Assembly: GCA_963708295.1 (NCBI GenBank) | Contig: CAVPSJ010000014.1 | Coordinates: 288,001-352,000, forward strand | Length of the DNA: 64,000 bases | Origin: an uncultured delta proteobacterium | GTDB lineage: Bacteria; Desulfobacterota; BSN033; UBA1163 | Direction: 5' to 3' | In this document: positions 8,750 to 19,469 of the stretch, piece after piece | Layout: the number at the start of each line of letters is the position of its first letter | Numbering within the stretch: position 1 is the stretch's first letter | Position numbers and translations under genes: made by a program | The notes under the pieces: model-generated | Seen by the model: only the letters and a program-made list of their open reading frames with translations | Database searches by the model: none | Told to the model about the DNA's origin: nothing

Positions 8750-9754
8750 TTATTTATTCGTCCTCCAATGTGTCTTTCCCAATTCTTTCGGGTAGTTCCG
8801 TCTGTTCCCAGGAGGGGGGGCATAAAAGTATTGCTCAAACGCACGGTGGTAAGTGCTCCAGCGGGCCCCCTCCGGCACCTCTTTCTTTATAAATTGTTGA
8901 ATTCCATTGATTTTTGCATCCATATCATCAAGGAAATGGAGCAAAACCGCTTCTAAGGTCATCGGTTTTTTCGGGGAACCCCAATTATATTGACCATGGT
9001 GGCTCAAGAGGAAGTGCTTTAGCAGCGTGGAAAGATCCTTTGGAAAATCAGGGAGTTGTTTGATCTTATCTTCCACCCGTTCTATACCGAGGATAATGTG
9101 GCCGAGGAGTCGGCCTTCATCTGAATAGTCAAAAGAACGATGGTAAGAGAGCTCATCCACTTTGCCCAGGTCATGGAAGATTGCGGCTGTGAGCAAAAGA
9201 TCCATATTCAATCCATTGTAATGGCTGGCGATTTTTAATACGACTTGTGCCACGGAAAGGGTATGTTCCAAGAGGCCCCCCAAATAATTGTGATGGAGCC
9301 ACTTGGACGCAGGGGCAATTTTAAACCGGTTGACGAAGGACTCGTCATTCCAGAAGAGTTGGAGAAGTTGTGAGAGGTGTGGATTCTTGATCTGTCGGCC
9401 GATTTCCAAAAGGGATTGGAACATCCCGTCGATATCTTTTTCTGTCATGGGGAAAAAGTCTGAAAAAAGAATTTCTTCTTCCCTCACGCTTTCGATAGAG
9501 GTGATGTTGACCTGGAGACGCTCCTGGAAAGAGACTGCCTTTCCCATCACATGAACAAAGCCGTCCTTCTCAAAGGATTCTGCAACGTTTTCGACGGAGG
9601 TCCAGATCCTGCCCTCGATTTCTCCCGAACGGTCCACCAATTTCAATTTGAGGTAGGTGTTTCCGGTTTTGGTGACCGCCGAAGATTTCTCTTTGACCAG
9701 AAAGAGGGAGTCCACGTGATCATTTTCCTTGATCTCGTTGATATAAACCTTCAT
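8750..9754 (-). CDS. YhaM/Cbf1-like 3'-5' exoribonuclease (OB fold + HD domain)
   Basis: N-terminal OB fold; APAS..LHHNYLGGLLEHTL, FHDLGK, LLGHIILG, SHHG, LHFLDDMDA. Confidence 0.9.
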   Translation of the reverse strand: MKVYINEIKENDHVDSLFLVKEKSSAVTKTGNTYLKLKLVDRSGEIEGRIWTSVENVAESFEKDGFVHVMGKAVSFQERLQVNITSIESVREEEILFSDFFPMTEKDIDGMFQSLLEIGRQIKNPHLSQLLQLFWNDESFVNRFKIAPASKWLHHNYLGGLLEHTLSVAQVVLKIASHYNGLNMDLLLTAAIFHDLGKVDELSYHRSFDYSDEGRLLGHIILGIERVEDKIKQLPDFPKDLSTLLKHFLLSHHGQYNWGSPKKPMTLEAVLLHFLDDMDAKINGIQQFIKKEVPEGARWSTYHRAFEQYFYAPPPGNRRNYPKELGKTHWRTNK

Positions 9755-9800
9755 AGACTTCCTCCCTCGCTTTTGGCATTCTCATCAATGCCAGGTCTTA

Positions 9801-10002
9801 CCAGGCTGTTGAAAAACGCCCTTCCTCTTATTCCTTATACGTTGCAGCGTCGCCAACACAGTAGGGAACGCATCTATGCGTTCCCTACAAGGGATTTCTG
9901 GCGCCCATGCAAACGGAATTTCGTAAAGCTCAACTCGCATCTGATCGTCGGCGCGTAGCCCCGCCTTACGGGCGAAGGCAGGGGCATTCTTGATCAGCCT
10001 GG
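9801..10002. repeat. MITE-like element (CAGGCTGTTGAAAAA ends) carrying a GTAG-type REP
   Basis: CCAGGCTGTTGAAAAACGCCC..GGGCATTCTTGATCAGCCTGG, with internal palindrome GTAGGGAACGCATCTATGCGTTCCCTAC (9861-9888). Relatives at 29627 and 62726. Confidence 0.7.
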
Positions 10003-10026
10003 GAAAAAATGAGACCAACAACCTTT

Positions 10027-12396
10027 TTATGCTCGGCCCCTTGAAAAGGCGCGTTTTTGAGCGAGGGCGACCTTCAAGACTTCGTCCATGTGTTTGACCG
10101 GAATAAAGTTGATTTTCTTTCGGACGTAGAGGGGGAGATCGGCGAGGTCCTTCTTGTTCAGATAAGGGATGATCACATCTTTGACTTTGTTTCGGAGGGC
10201 GGCAAGGGCTTTTTCTTTCAAGCCTCCGACCGGAAGGACTCTCCCTCTCAGCGTGATCTCGCCCGTCATGGCAACATCTTTCCTCACAGGGATGCCCGTG
10301 AGCGTGGAGAAGATGGCAACCGCCATGGTAATGCCGGCAGAGGGTCCGTCTTTCGGGATGGCGCCCGCAGGAACGTGGATATGGATTTCTTTATTGTTGA
10401 GCGTATTGGGATGAATCCGGTAAGATTTCCCTTTCGATCGAGCATAAGTGAGCGCGGCCTGTGCCGACTCTTTCATCACGTCTCCCAGATGACCCGTCAG
10501 GATCAGCGATCCTTTGCCGGGAGTGGTGGAGGCCTCGATATGGAGGATTTCACCGCCTGTCTCCGTCCAAGCCAGACCCGTCGCCAGACCGACCTCATTG
10601 CGCTTCTGTTCCTCATCGGGCAAATAGGGAGGGGGACCGAGAAAGAAATGGATGTTCTTGGTGTTAATCTTGGTCTTCTCTTTCTTTCCTTCCGCCACCT
10701 TCCTGGCCACTTTTCTACAAACAGAAGCGAGTTCCCTCTCGAGGTTGCGGAGACCTGCCTCCTGAGTGTATTGCGAGATGATCAGAAGGATGGCTCCGTC
10801 AGAAATATCGAGCCACTTCGGGCTGATTCCGTTCTCTTCCATCTGCCGAGGGAGAAGGAAGGTTCGTGCAATCTTCAGTTTCTCCAGGTCGGTGTACCCG
10901 GGGAGATTGATCACCTCCATCCGATCTTTGAGGGCCGAGGGGATGGGATCGGTCAGATTGCCTGTGGTGATAAACATCACGCGGGAGAGGTCGAAGGGGA
11001 CGTTCAGATAGTGGTCGCTGAAGGCGTTGTTCTGCTCCGGGTCCAGAACCTCCAGCAGCGCGGAGGCTGGATCTCCCCGGAAGTCAACGCCTATCTTATC
11101 CACCTCATCCATCATGAATACCGGATTGTTGCTCCCGGCTTGCTTTATCGATTGGATGACCCGGCCTGGCAACGCACCCACGTAGGTCCGGCGGTGGCCG
11201 CGAATCTCAGCCTCATCTCTTATCCCCCCCAAAGAAATCCTTACAAATTTTCTTCCCAATGCTCTGGCGATGGACCTGCCGAGGGAGGTTTTTCCAACGC
11301 CGGGGGGCCCGATGAAGCAGAGGATCGGTCCCTTCAGCTTATTCTTCAGTTTGCGCACGCTCAGGTATTCCAGGATGCGTTCTTTCACTTTTTCTAAATT
11401 ATAATGGTCTTCATCCAAGACTTTTTTTGCCTGAAGAAGATCAAGGCTGTCCGTGGTGGTTTTTGACCAGGGCATGTCGATGAGCCAGTCCAGATAGGTG
11501 CGGACCATGGAGGCCTCGGCCGCATCCGGATGCATCTGTTCCAAGCGCTCCAGTTCCCGTCGGGCCTCCTTCTCTACCTCTTTAGGCATCTTTGCCTTTT
11601 TAATTTTCTGCTGGAGGGTTTTAAATTCGTCCGAGCGCTCATCCGCCTCACCCAGTTCGCTCCGAATCGCCCTCATCTGCTCCCGGAGAAAATACTCTCG
11701 CTGTGTTTTTGTAATCTCTTCTTTGGCCTGAGACTGAATCTTGGCCTGCATGGTGAGGACCTGGACCTCTTTTTCAAGGAGTTCATTCAGCGCCTTGAGT
11801 CTCTCCAGGGGGTCAAAGATTTCCAGGATCTCCTGAGCTTTCTCCACCGTCAGGTCCAGGTTGGAAGCGACCAGGTCAGCCAGCCTTCCCGGATCGTCCA
11901 CGCTTTCTAAGACAAACATCATGTCCGGGGAGAGGAGTTTGCCGTAGGAGACAATCCTTTCCAACTGTTCCCTTACGTTTCTCATCAGGGCTTCTGTCTC
12001 AAGAGTAATCTCCGTGATGAATGGATCTTTAATATTTTCCACCCTGACCAGGAGATACGGCGTGGTCTGGAGGATTTCTTTGATCGAGGCCTTGGAAAGG
12101 CCCTGGACAAGGATCTTGACCTTCCCATCGGGCAGCTTGAGCATTTTCATGACGGCGGCTACCGTGCCCACCTTGTAAAGGTCTTTAGGGGAAGGATCTT
12201 CCTCAGAAAGTTTTTTCTGAGCGACCAGGAAGATCAGCCGGTCCTTGGAGAGGGCTTCTTCCAAAGATTTGATCGATTTCTCCCGACTGACAAAAAGAGG
12301 AAGAACCATATAGGGGAAAACGACGACATCTCTGATCGGAAGCAGGGGCAGCGTTTCCGGAAGGGGGATCAGATCTTTGTCAGGTAGTTTTTTCAT
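10027..12396 (-). CDS. lon: ATP-dependent protease La (Lon)
   Basis: [37 protein letters not shown] catalytic Ser. Confidence 0.98.
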   Translation of the reverse strand: MKKLPDKDLIPLPETLPLLPIRDVVVFPYMVLPLFVSREKSIKSLEEALSKDRLIFLVAQKKLSEEDPSPKDLYKVGTVAAVMKMLKLPDGKVKILVQGLSKASIKEILQTTPYLLVRVENIKDPFITEITLETEALMRNVREQLERIVSYGKLLSPDMMFVLESVDDPGRLADLVASNLDLTVEKAQEILEIFDPLERLKALNELLEKEVQVLTMQAKIQSQAKEEITKTQREYFLREQMRAIRSELGEADERSDEFKTLQQKIKKAKMPKEVEKEARRELERLEQMHPDAAEASMVRTYLDWLIDMPWSKTTTDSLDLLQAKKVLDEDHYNLEKVKERILEYLSVRKLKNKLKGPILCFIGPPGVGKTSLGRSIARALGRKFVRISLGGIRDEAEIRGHRRTYVGALPGRVIQSIKQAGSNNPVFMMDEVDKIGVDFRGDPASALLEVLDPEQNNAFSDHYLNVPFDLSRVMFITTGNLTDPIPSALKDRMEVINLPGYTDLEKLKIARTFLLPRQMEENGISPKWLDISDGAILLIISQYTQEAGLRNLERELASVCRKVARKVAEGKKEKTKINTKNIHFFLGPPPYLPDEEQKRNEVGLATGLAWTETGGEILHIEASTTPGKGSLILTGHLGDVMKESAQAALTYARSKGKSYRIHPNTLNNKEIHIHVPAGAIPKDGPSAGITMAVAIFSTLTGIPVRKDVAMTGEITLRGRVLPVGGLKEKALAALRNKVKDVIIPYLNKKDLADLPLYVRKKINFIPVKHMDEVLKVALAQKRAFSRGRA

Positions 12397-12868
12397 ATCG
12401 TTTCAAAATGGTATCAATAAGATTTGAGGTAGAAGCCTTTCCAACAAAGGGAATGATGACGACTTCTCCTCCTGACCTTTCGACGACCTCCCTTCCTACG
12501 ATCTGTTCCTTTGTCCAATCCCCTCCCTTGACAAGAACATCCGGATGGAGGGAAGTGATGAGTTTCAAAGGGTCCATCTCGCTGAAGAGGGTCACATAAT
12601 CCACACACCCGAGGCCTGAAAGAATCTCCGCCCTTTCTTCTTCGGGCAGAATGGGCCGGTGAGGTCCTTTCAGTTTCCGGACGGAGGTGTCGCTGTTGAC
12701 TCCCACGATCAAAACATCCCCCAGGACTTTGGCTTTTTCAAGGTAACGGACATGCCCGATGTGGAGAAGATCAAAGCAACCGTTTGTAAAGACAATCCGT
12801 TTTCCTTTTGCCTTCAGTTCTTTGATGATTCCGAGGAGCTTCTTTCTTTCCTTGATTTTTTGTTTCAT
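12380..12868 (-). CDS. rfaE2: D-glycero-beta-D-manno-heptose 1-phosphate adenylyltransferase
   Basis: [36 protein letters not shown]. Confidence 0.95.
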   Translation of the reverse strand: MKQKIKERKKLLGIIKELKAKGKRIVFTNGCFDLLHIGHVRYLEKAKVLGDVLIVGVNSDTSVRKLKGPHRPILPEEERAEILSGLGCVDYVTLFSEMDPLKLITSLHPDVLVKGGDWTKEQIVGREVVERSGGEVVIIPFVGKASTSNLIDTILKRYEKTT

Positions 12869-12985
12869 TCCGTGTCCCTTTCTATTTAAGTATCAGATTT
12901 GAACTTTAGAGTCAACCTCAAGCTGAACGGCATGCCTGAAAGGTGCCAATCTACTTCAACAGAGAGAAAATCCCCCAATTCAAAC

Positions 12986-13014
12986 TTGACAAACCTATTG
13001 GATTCATTTAGTTT
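12986..13014 (+). promoter_or_regulatory. Sigma70-type promoter, possibly giving a leaderless maf transcript
   Basis: TTGACA-N17-TAGTTT, 7 nt before the maf ATG, with no Shine-Dalgarno. Confidence 0.55.
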
Positions 13015-13021
13015 TTAAAAA

Positions 13022-13627
13022 ATGAAGAACCGGCTGATCCTGGCCTCCGAGTCTCCCCGTCGATATGAATTGCTGAAACAAGTAGGTCTTGATTTCGAGG
13101 TGGTTCCAAGCAACGTTTCTGAGGATTTTGTTCAAGCGGAGTCCCCGCGAGATCATGTCATTCGATTGGCTGAAGCAAAAGCCAGAGAGGTGGCGAATCA
13201 GTATCCGGATGGCTGGGTGGTCGCTGCGGATACCATCGTTTGCATCAACGGGTCCATTTTAGGAAAACCGAAGGGTCGGGAAGAAGCCGTGGAGATGTTA
13301 CGCCGCCTCAGCGGCCGGGAGCATCGGGTATGGACTGGATTTTCTGTTTGCCATTCCGAAAGGGGAGAAAGCGACCAAGAGGTCGTCCAAACAGCGGTGA
13401 GAATGAAGCCCCTCACTTCAGCAGAGATCGAGTGGTATGTGCAGACGGGGGAGCCCCTTGACAAGGCCGGAGGGTACGCCATCCAGGGGATCGGTTCCTT
13501 CATGGTCGAATCGATCCAGGGATCCTATACCAACGTCGTTGGCCTTCCCCTTTGCGAGTTGATCCAGATGCTCACCCGTCTGGGAGCGATTACAATCTCG
13601 GAACGCGGATTGCGGATTGCGCCCTGA
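13022..13627 (+). CDS. maf: Maf family nucleoside triphosphate pyrophosphatase (YhdE-like)
   Basis: LILASESPRR, AADTIV, LGKP, DKAGGYAIQG, NVVGLPL. Confidence 0.95.
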   Translation: MKNRLILASESPRRYELLKQVGLDFEVVPSNVSEDFVQAESPRDHVIRLAEAKAREVANQYPDGWVVAADTIVCINGSILGKPKGREEAVEMLRRLSGREHRVWTGFSVCHSERGESDQEVVQTAVRMKPLTSAEIEWYVQTGEPLDKAGGYAIQGIGSFMVESIQGSYTNVVGLPLCELIQMLTRLGAITISERGLRIAP

Positions 13628-13745
13628 ACCATGCGAGGGTTCGGGCTGGCCCTGCACCCGACGTGGTGCAGGGCGGATTGCAGAATAAGGAGAAGGTCAT
13701 CTAGTCATTCAATGACCCAATGACCTCATGACTCAATGGCTTAAT

Positions 13746-14426
13746 ATGTTAACAATCAAAGAAAATCTTTTGAAGGTAAGGGAAAGAATAGAGAGGGCGG
13801 CTCAAAAAGCAGGAAGGGACCCGAAGGGGATCAGGCTGGTTGCCGTCTCGAAGACGGTCGAAGTGGCCCGAATCAAGGAGGCGATCGAGGCAGGCGTCTC
13901 TATCCTGGGCGAAAATTATGTCCAGGAGGCACAGAAGAAAATTGACGACATCGGGAAGCCTGTCTCCTGGCATTTCATCGGCCACCTTCAATCGAATAAG
14001 GCGAAATATGCCGTTCGCCTTTTCGAGATGTTACACTCCGTCGACAGCATTCCACTGGCAGAAGAATTGAATCGGAGAGCGGAGCAAGAAGGTCGAGTGA
14101 TCAAGGTGATGGTCGAAGTGAATCTTTCCAGGGAGGCCACGAAATTTGGAACCGATGAGGAGAGGGTGTCGAACCTCGCCCGAAGGATTCGAGACCTTAA
14201 GTATCTCTCTTTGGAAGGTCTGATGACCATGCCGCCTTATTTCGATCCGCCGGAATTGGGTCGGCCCTATTATACGGCGCTTCGAGAGCTAAAGGAAAAG
14301 ATGATCAAAGAAGGGATTCCGATGAAAGAGCTCTCCATGGGGATGTCCAATGACTTTGAGATCGCCGTCGAGGAAGGAGCCACCTACGTTCGTATCGGGA
14401 CAGCGATCTTTGGACCACGTCAATAA
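13746..14426 (+). CDS. yggS: PLP homeostasis protein YggS/PROSC
   Basis: LVAVSKT, GENYVQE, WHFIGHLQSNKAK, LSMGMSNDF..A..EGATYVRIGTAIFG. Confidence 0.95.
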   Translation: MLTIKENLLKVRERIERAAQKAGRDPKGIRLVAVSKTVEVARIKEAIEAGVSILGENYVQEAQKKIDDIGKPVSWHFIGHLQSNKAKYAVRLFEMLHSVDSIPLAEELNRRAEQEGRVIKVMVEVNLSREATKFGTDEERVSNLARRIRDLKYLSLEGLMTMPPYFDPPELGRPYYTALRELKEKMIKEGIPMKELSMGMSNDFEIAVEEGATYVRIGTAIFGPRQ

Positions 14427-14431
14427 GAGTT

Positions 14432-14721
14432 AAATTCGAAACACGAAATCAGGGCGAAGCATCCCGAAGGGATCAATTCGAAACAAAGGTGTTAAATCCT
14501 AAGCTCGAAATCCTAAACTCTAAACAAACGCAAATGTCCAAAGTAAAAAACTCAATCCCGTGTGAATTAGAGAAATTCGATTCGATGGTTGAGAAGTCAG
14601 AATTACCTTTTGAATTTTATATTTTGGATTTGTTTAGGGTTTAGAATTTAGTGTTTAGAGTTTAAACAACTTCGGATTGGTCCGAGGCGGACGCTTCGCC
14701 CGATATTCGGATTTCGGATTT
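14432..14721. repeat. Nested 7-nt-periodic inverted-repeat element
   Basis: Outer AAATTCGAAACACGAAATC..GATATTCGGATTTCGGATTT encloses inner AAATCCTAAGCTCGAAATCCTAAACTCTAAAC..GTTTAGGGTTTAGAATTTAGTGTTTAGAGTTT (14494-14663). Confidence 0.65.
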
Positions 14722-14752
14722 TCTGGTCACCATGCTTGAATAGGAGCCGCTG

Positions 14753-15787
14753 TTGAAAAATAGGTTATGGATACTTCTATGGATCATGCCTATCCTGGTG
14801 GTGGGTTGTGCCAAGAAAGGAGACCCGGTGCCCTGGGGTTCGATTGTTCCCAAGAGAATTGTCGACCTTGTCGCGACTCCCAGAGAAGGTCGCCTCCTTT
14901 TGGAATGGACCATCCCAAAGGAAAATACGGACAAAACACCTCTTACCGATTTAGTCGAATTCAAGATTTTAAGGTCGGAGGGAGCCCTCGTCGGAGAGGC
15001 ATGCACGGGATGCGGAGAAAAGCCGAAGGTCGTCCATGAGATGAAGTTGACCAAGGAAAGCACGGCCCCGGGCAAGAAAGTAGCGGTCTTCTTCGACGAT
15101 CAGGAGCCCGCAAGGGTCTATGTTTACGAGGTCGTTTCAGTCAATCATAGGGGAGACCCCAGTGCTCCCTCCAATCCGGTAACGGTCTATTGGGATCATC
15201 CCCCCCAGGCACCCGGGATGGCAGCGACGGAACGCGGGGATAAGAGAGTGGAACTCTCGTGGAACGCCGTGGAGGGCGCCACAGGCTACAATGTTTATAG
15301 GAGAGCCGAGGAAGACAAGGAGTTTCCACTCAGTCCATTGAACAGGGAGCCGCTGGCGGTAACCCAGTATACCGATCTGAGCGTGCAGAATGATGTCAAA
15401 TATATTTATTCGGTGAGGTCGGTGAAGAGGGTTGTCAAAACCGACGTGGAAGGGAAGGGATCTCCGGATATCCCCGCAACTCCCGCCAAGCTCACTCCTC
15501 CCAGCGCTCCTGTTGGGTTGACAGCCATTCCCGTTAAAGAGGGAATGGAGTTAAATTGGAAGGCAAACGCGGAGCCCGACCTCCTCGGGTATTATGTCTA
15601 TCGACGGAAATCCGGAGAGGAGGAGTTTAAAAGATTGAATGAGAGTCCCGTGACGAAAGCGGCGTATCTTGATACCGATGTCGCTTTAGACCAGGAATAT
15701 GAGTATGCGGTCACGGCGGCGGATAATTCTCCCAGAAGGAATGAAAGCCCCCGCTCCGAAGAGGTGAGGGTGAAATATCTCTACTAA
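14753..15787 (+). CDS. Fibronectin type III domain lipoprotein
   Basis: Lipobox LVVGC followed by AKKGDP.P; repeated FN3 patterns (VELSW...GYNVYR, YEYAVTA). Confidence 0.85.
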   Translation: MKNRLWILLWIMPILVVGCAKKGDPVPWGSIVPKRIVDLVATPREGRLLLEWTIPKENTDKTPLTDLVEFKILRSEGALVGEACTGCGEKPKVVHEMKLTKESTAPGKKVAVFFDDQEPARVYVYEVVSVNHRGDPSAPSNPVTVYWDHPPQAPGMAATERGDKRVELSWNAVEGATGYNVYRRAEEDKEFPLSPLNREPLAVTQYTDLSVQNDVKYIYSVRSVKRVVKTDVEGKGSPDIPATPAKLTPPSAPVGLTAIPVKEGMELNWKANAEPDLLGYYVYRRKSGEEEFKRLNESPVTKAAYLDTDVALDQEYEYAVTAADNSPRRNESPRSEEVRVKYLY

Positions 15788-15925
15788 TCGCGGGTGACTA
15801 ATGGCTTATTGCTAATGGCAGATAGCCGAGAGCTCAAGGTTCGAAGCTCAAAGCTGAGAAGAAACGTAATTATTTTTTTAATGACCTAATGACTCAATGA
15901 CTTGATGACCGGATTTGGAGGAGCG

Positions 15926-17242
15926 ATGCGTTTTTTCGAATACAAAGATCACCAGCTTCAATGCGAGGAGATTCCCATTCAGCAGGTGGCTGAAAAAGTG
16001 GGGACTCCTTTCTACCTTTACAGCTATCACACCCTGGTGAGACACTTCACCGTCTTCGACGAGGCCTTCAAAGGGATTCCTCATCTCGTCTGTTATTCGG
16101 CCAAGGCCAATTCCAACCTGGCCCTTCTCCGCCTCTTCTCGAACCTGGGGGGGGGAGTGGATGTGGTCTCCGGAGGCGAGCTCTACCGGGCGATCAAAGG
16201 TGGGGCGGTCCCGCAAAAAATTGTCTATTCTGGGGTCGGAAAAAGAGAGGATGAGATTGAATATGCCTTGAAAACGGGCATCCTCATGTTCAACGTGGAG
16301 TCTTTACAGGAACTCCAGGCGATCAACGAAGTGGCGGGCCGAATCGGGAAGAAAGCGGCGATCGCCATCCGGGTCAATCCTGACATCGACGCCAAGACTC
16401 ATCCTTATATTTCCACCGGGTTGAAACAGAATAAATTCGGGATTGACATCCTTCGCGCGCCGTTGGCTTACCGTACGGCCGCTCAATTGCCTCATCTGAA
16501 AATCATCGGGATTGATTGTCATATCGGGTCTCAATTGATCGAGGTGGAGCCCATTATCGAGGCGCTGAAGAAACTCAAGCAATTGGTTGAAACCCTGAGA
16601 AGAGAAGGAATTGAGATCCAGTATTTGGACCTGGGAGGCGGCCTGGGGATTACGTATGAGGATGAAGAGCCCCCCCATCCCGTGGAATACGCCTCCAGCA
16701 TTCTCGATGAGGTTCGGGGATTCGGCTGTACCCTCATCTTGGAGCCGGGTCGCGTCATTGTTGGGAATGCAGGGGTCCTGGTCTCAAAGGTTCTCTATGT
16801 CAAAGAGAATGAGGAAAAGCGGTTTGTGATCGTGGATGCCGGGATGAACGATCTCGTCCGGCCCAGCTATTACGGTTCCTATCACCAGATTCTGCCCGTG
16901 AGGGAGGAGAGCAGGGAGGAGGTTTTGGCGGACGTGGTGGGGCCCATCTGTGAGTCGAGCGACTTTTTGGCAAAAGGCCGGAAGATCCAAAGTCTTCGTT
17001 CCGGTGAACTGATTGCCGTCATGAGCGCGGGTGCTTACGGGTTCTCCATGTCCACGAACTATAATTCCAGACCCAGGATTCCCGAGGTTCTGGTCCGGGA
17101 TGACCAGATGTTTGTGATCCGTCAGAGAGAAGGTTATGAGGACCTCATCCGGGGGGAAGAGATACCGGAGTTTCTTGCTAGAAACAATTCGCAAAATTCG
17201 AAGTTCGAAATATTCGAATGCAATGTCCGAACTTGGAAATAA
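15926..17242 (+). CDS. lysA: Diaminopimelate decarboxylase
   Basis: GTPFYLY, YSAKAN (PLP Lys), HIGSQ, DLGGG, EPGR, GPICES, YNSRPR; start taken at the ATG after GGAGGA. Confidence 0.97.
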   Translation: MRFFEYKDHQLQCEEIPIQQVAEKVGTPFYLYSYHTLVRHFTVFDEAFKGIPHLVCYSAKANSNLALLRLFSNLGGGVDVVSGGELYRAIKGGAVPQKIVYSGVGKREDEIEYALKTGILMFNVESLQELQAINEVAGRIGKKAAIAIRVNPDIDAKTHPYISTGLKQNKFGIDILRAPLAYRTAAQLPHLKIIGIDCHIGSQLIEVEPIIEALKKLKQLVETLRREGIEIQYLDLGGGLGITYEDEEPPHPVEYASSILDEVRGFGCTLILEPGRVIVGNAGVLVSKVLYVKENEEKRFVIVDAGMNDLVRPSYYGSYHQILPVREESREEVLADVVGPICESSDFLAKGRKIQSLRSGELIAVMSAGAYGFSMSTNYNSRPRIPEVLVRDDQMFVIRQREGYEDLIRGEEIPEFLARNNSQNSKFEIFECNVRTWK

Positions 17243-17449
17243 CAATAAGTAACAAATGAGCGGATTGAACAGACTTCTAAATCCCTCGCCACCTCACTTT
17301 ACAGGGACGTGAAACACTCTTGCAAGGGGATTAGATGTCTTTCAAATACTAAAGTGTTTCAACAATGAATCAGGCTTAGATCATTGCGAATTTGACATTT
17401 GGCATTTGTCAACTTTGAACTTGTTTCGGATTTAGAACCGGAGGCATCC

Positions 17450-18272
17450 ATGAAGATTCCTTTTACGAAGATGAGCGGGAGCGGAAACGACTTCATTCTC
17501 ATCGATCATCGGGACCACTTCCTCGAAGAAGATCGTTTGAAGGACTTTATTCGAAAAGTCTGTCAGAGAAGGATTTCCGTGGGAGCGGATGGCCTTATCC
17601 TGATCGAGCGGTCTCAGAAGGCCGATTTCAAGTGGCGCTTTTATAATGCCGATGGAAGCGAAGCAGAGATGTGCGGCAATGGAGGCCGGTGTGTCGCCCG
17701 GTTTGCCCATTTGAAGGGGATTGCAGGGCCTTCCCTCTCTTTTGAGACGCTGGCCGGGACGATCTCCGCCCAGGTGAACGGTCAAAGAGTGAAGCTCCAG
17801 CTGACAAAGCCTCATGGCCTCAAACTGGATCAGAAGATCCCGGTCGAAGGAGAGGAGCGGATCGTCTCTGTCATCAACACGGGCGTTCCCCATGCCGTCC
17901 TTTTTGTGGAAGACCTCGAAGGAACCGACGTCGTCCGGATGGGAAGGGCGATCCGCCGCCACGCCAATTTTACGCCTGCGGGGACCAATGCAAATTTTGT
18001 CCGCCTGGAGGGTCCTTCCCGGCTGTCGATACGGACCTATGAGCGGGGGGTCGAGGACGAGACCTTAGCCTGCGGCACGGGCGTGGTGGCCGCGGCCCTG
18101 GTGGCAGCCTTTAAGGGGTTCGTCAAATCCCCTGTCTCGGTCAGGACCCGGGGAGGTGAGATCCTGACCGTCCATTTCGAGATCGGGAACGGACGAGGTG
18201 AAGAAGGTTTTCTTTGAAGGAGATGTCCACATCATCTACGAAGCTGAGATGTGGGAGGAGGCGTATCAATGA
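17450..18272 (+). CDS. dapF: Diaminopimelate epimerase (apparent 1-nt frameshift near 18185)
   Basis: FTKMSGSGNDF, GADG, EMCGNG, TGVPH, ERGVE.ETLACGTG. The expected tail VKKVFFEGDVHIIYEAEMWEEAYQ* is in another frame and ends in ATGA overlapping dapB. Confidence 0.93.
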
Positions 18273-19084
18273 AAGAGATCAAGGCCATTGTCATTGGCGC
18301 AGCCGGGAAGATGGGAAGCCGGATCATCCACATCATTAAAGAAACCCCGTCGATGAGAGTCCATCGGGCCATTGAAAGGCCTGACCATCCGTTGATCGGA
18401 AAGGATATTGGAGAAATCATCGGATTGGGGAGAATGGACATCCGTCTGGAAGGAGGATTGAAAGGGAAGGGGGGAGACGTCATCATCAACTTCACCAGCC
18501 CCCAGGCATCGTTGGAGAGCTTGGAGTTTGCGGAGGAGGCCGGCCTGGCGGTGGTCATCGGCACGACCGGTTTGAGCCCCGAGCAGATTGAAAGAGTCAA
18601 GGATCTTTCAAAAAGCGTCCGGTGTGTCTTCTCGCCCAACATGAGTGTCGGAGTGAATGTGATGTTCAGGATCGTCCAGGAAGTTGCCCGGGTTCTCGGT
18701 CCGGATTATGACATCGAGATTGTCGAGGCCCATCACCGCCTGAAAAAAGATTCACCCAGCGGAACAGCAGTCAAACTGGGAGAGCTGATCGCCAAGGCCG
18801 TCGGACGGGATTTTGGCAAGGTGGGCGTCTACGGCAGAAAAGGGATGGTGGGCGAGAGGACAAAAGACGAGATCGGGATGCAGGTGATCCGGGCTGGAGA
18901 CATCGTGGGAGAACACACGGTCCTCTTCGGAGGAATCGGCGAGAGGCTGGAGATCATCCATCGTGCTCACAGCCGGGACAACTTCGCCCGCGGTGCAGTC
19001 AGGGCGGCGTTCTGGGTGGTGAATCAACCGAACGGCCTTTACGATATGCAGGATGTGCTGGGACTCAGAGAAAGGGAAAAATAG
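18269..19084 (+). CDS. dapB: 4-hydroxy-tetrahydrodipicolinate reductase
   Basis: GAAGKMG, VIGTTG, EAHHRLKKDSPSGTA, RAGDIVGEH, FARGA. Confidence 0.97.
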   Translation: MKEIKAIVIGAAGKMGSRIIHIIKETPSMRVHRAIERPDHPLIGKDIGEIIGLGRMDIRLEGGLKGKGGDVIINFTSPQASLESLEFAEEAGLAVVIGTTGLSPEQIERVKDLSKSVRCVFSPNMSVGVNVMFRIVQEVARVLGPDYDIEIVEAHHRLKKDSPSGTAVKLGELIAKAVGRDFGKVGVYGRKGMVGERTKDEIGMQVIRAGDIVGEHTVLFGGIGERLEIIHRAHSRDNFARGAVRAAFWVVNQPNGLYDMQDVLGLREREK

Positions 19085-19469
19085 TCCACACTGATCACGA
19101 CGTAAATCTTGCGCTTTCCCGCAATCTTATTCGGGAACAATCCACTAGGCCTGTCCGTTTTTTTGAAGTCGTCTACCGATTGGAAAAGAACTCTTCTTGT
19201 CTGTTCCTTTTACGGCATTCCCCGTTAAAATAGCGCGCTTTTGACCTCAGAATACAAATTTACCCCTATTCCGCAAACACACCTTTTTCGGTATCGTGAA
19301 AAAGGCCTGGATAAGAAGCCATGATCGTGTCTTCTTAGCACCCTTCGGATTCCAAAGCCTTGAGTGCTAAACTCTGGCTCTTTTGATCGCCCTGGAAGCA
19401 ACGATCAGAATCTGGTCATCGGTCACAGGCCGCCGAATCTCCGCAAGGGTTTGAACTTCAACCTTTGTG

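Noticed and set aside
10057-11397. Long antisense ORFs (446 aa opposite lon; others opposite dnaK, the binding proteins, M24 and kaiC)
   Set aside because: Shadow ORFs from codon bias of well-conserved genes; no recognisable motifs or RBS.
14432-14721. Periodic repeats considered as a CRISPR array
   Set aside because: Degenerate heptamers in inverted arrangement, no constant repeat with unique spacers, and no cas genes.
19335-19370. CIRCE-like TTAGCACCC-N18-GAGTGCTAA
   Set aside because: The spacer is 18 nt rather than 9, one arm has a mismatch, and it lies between convergent gene ends with no gene to regulate.
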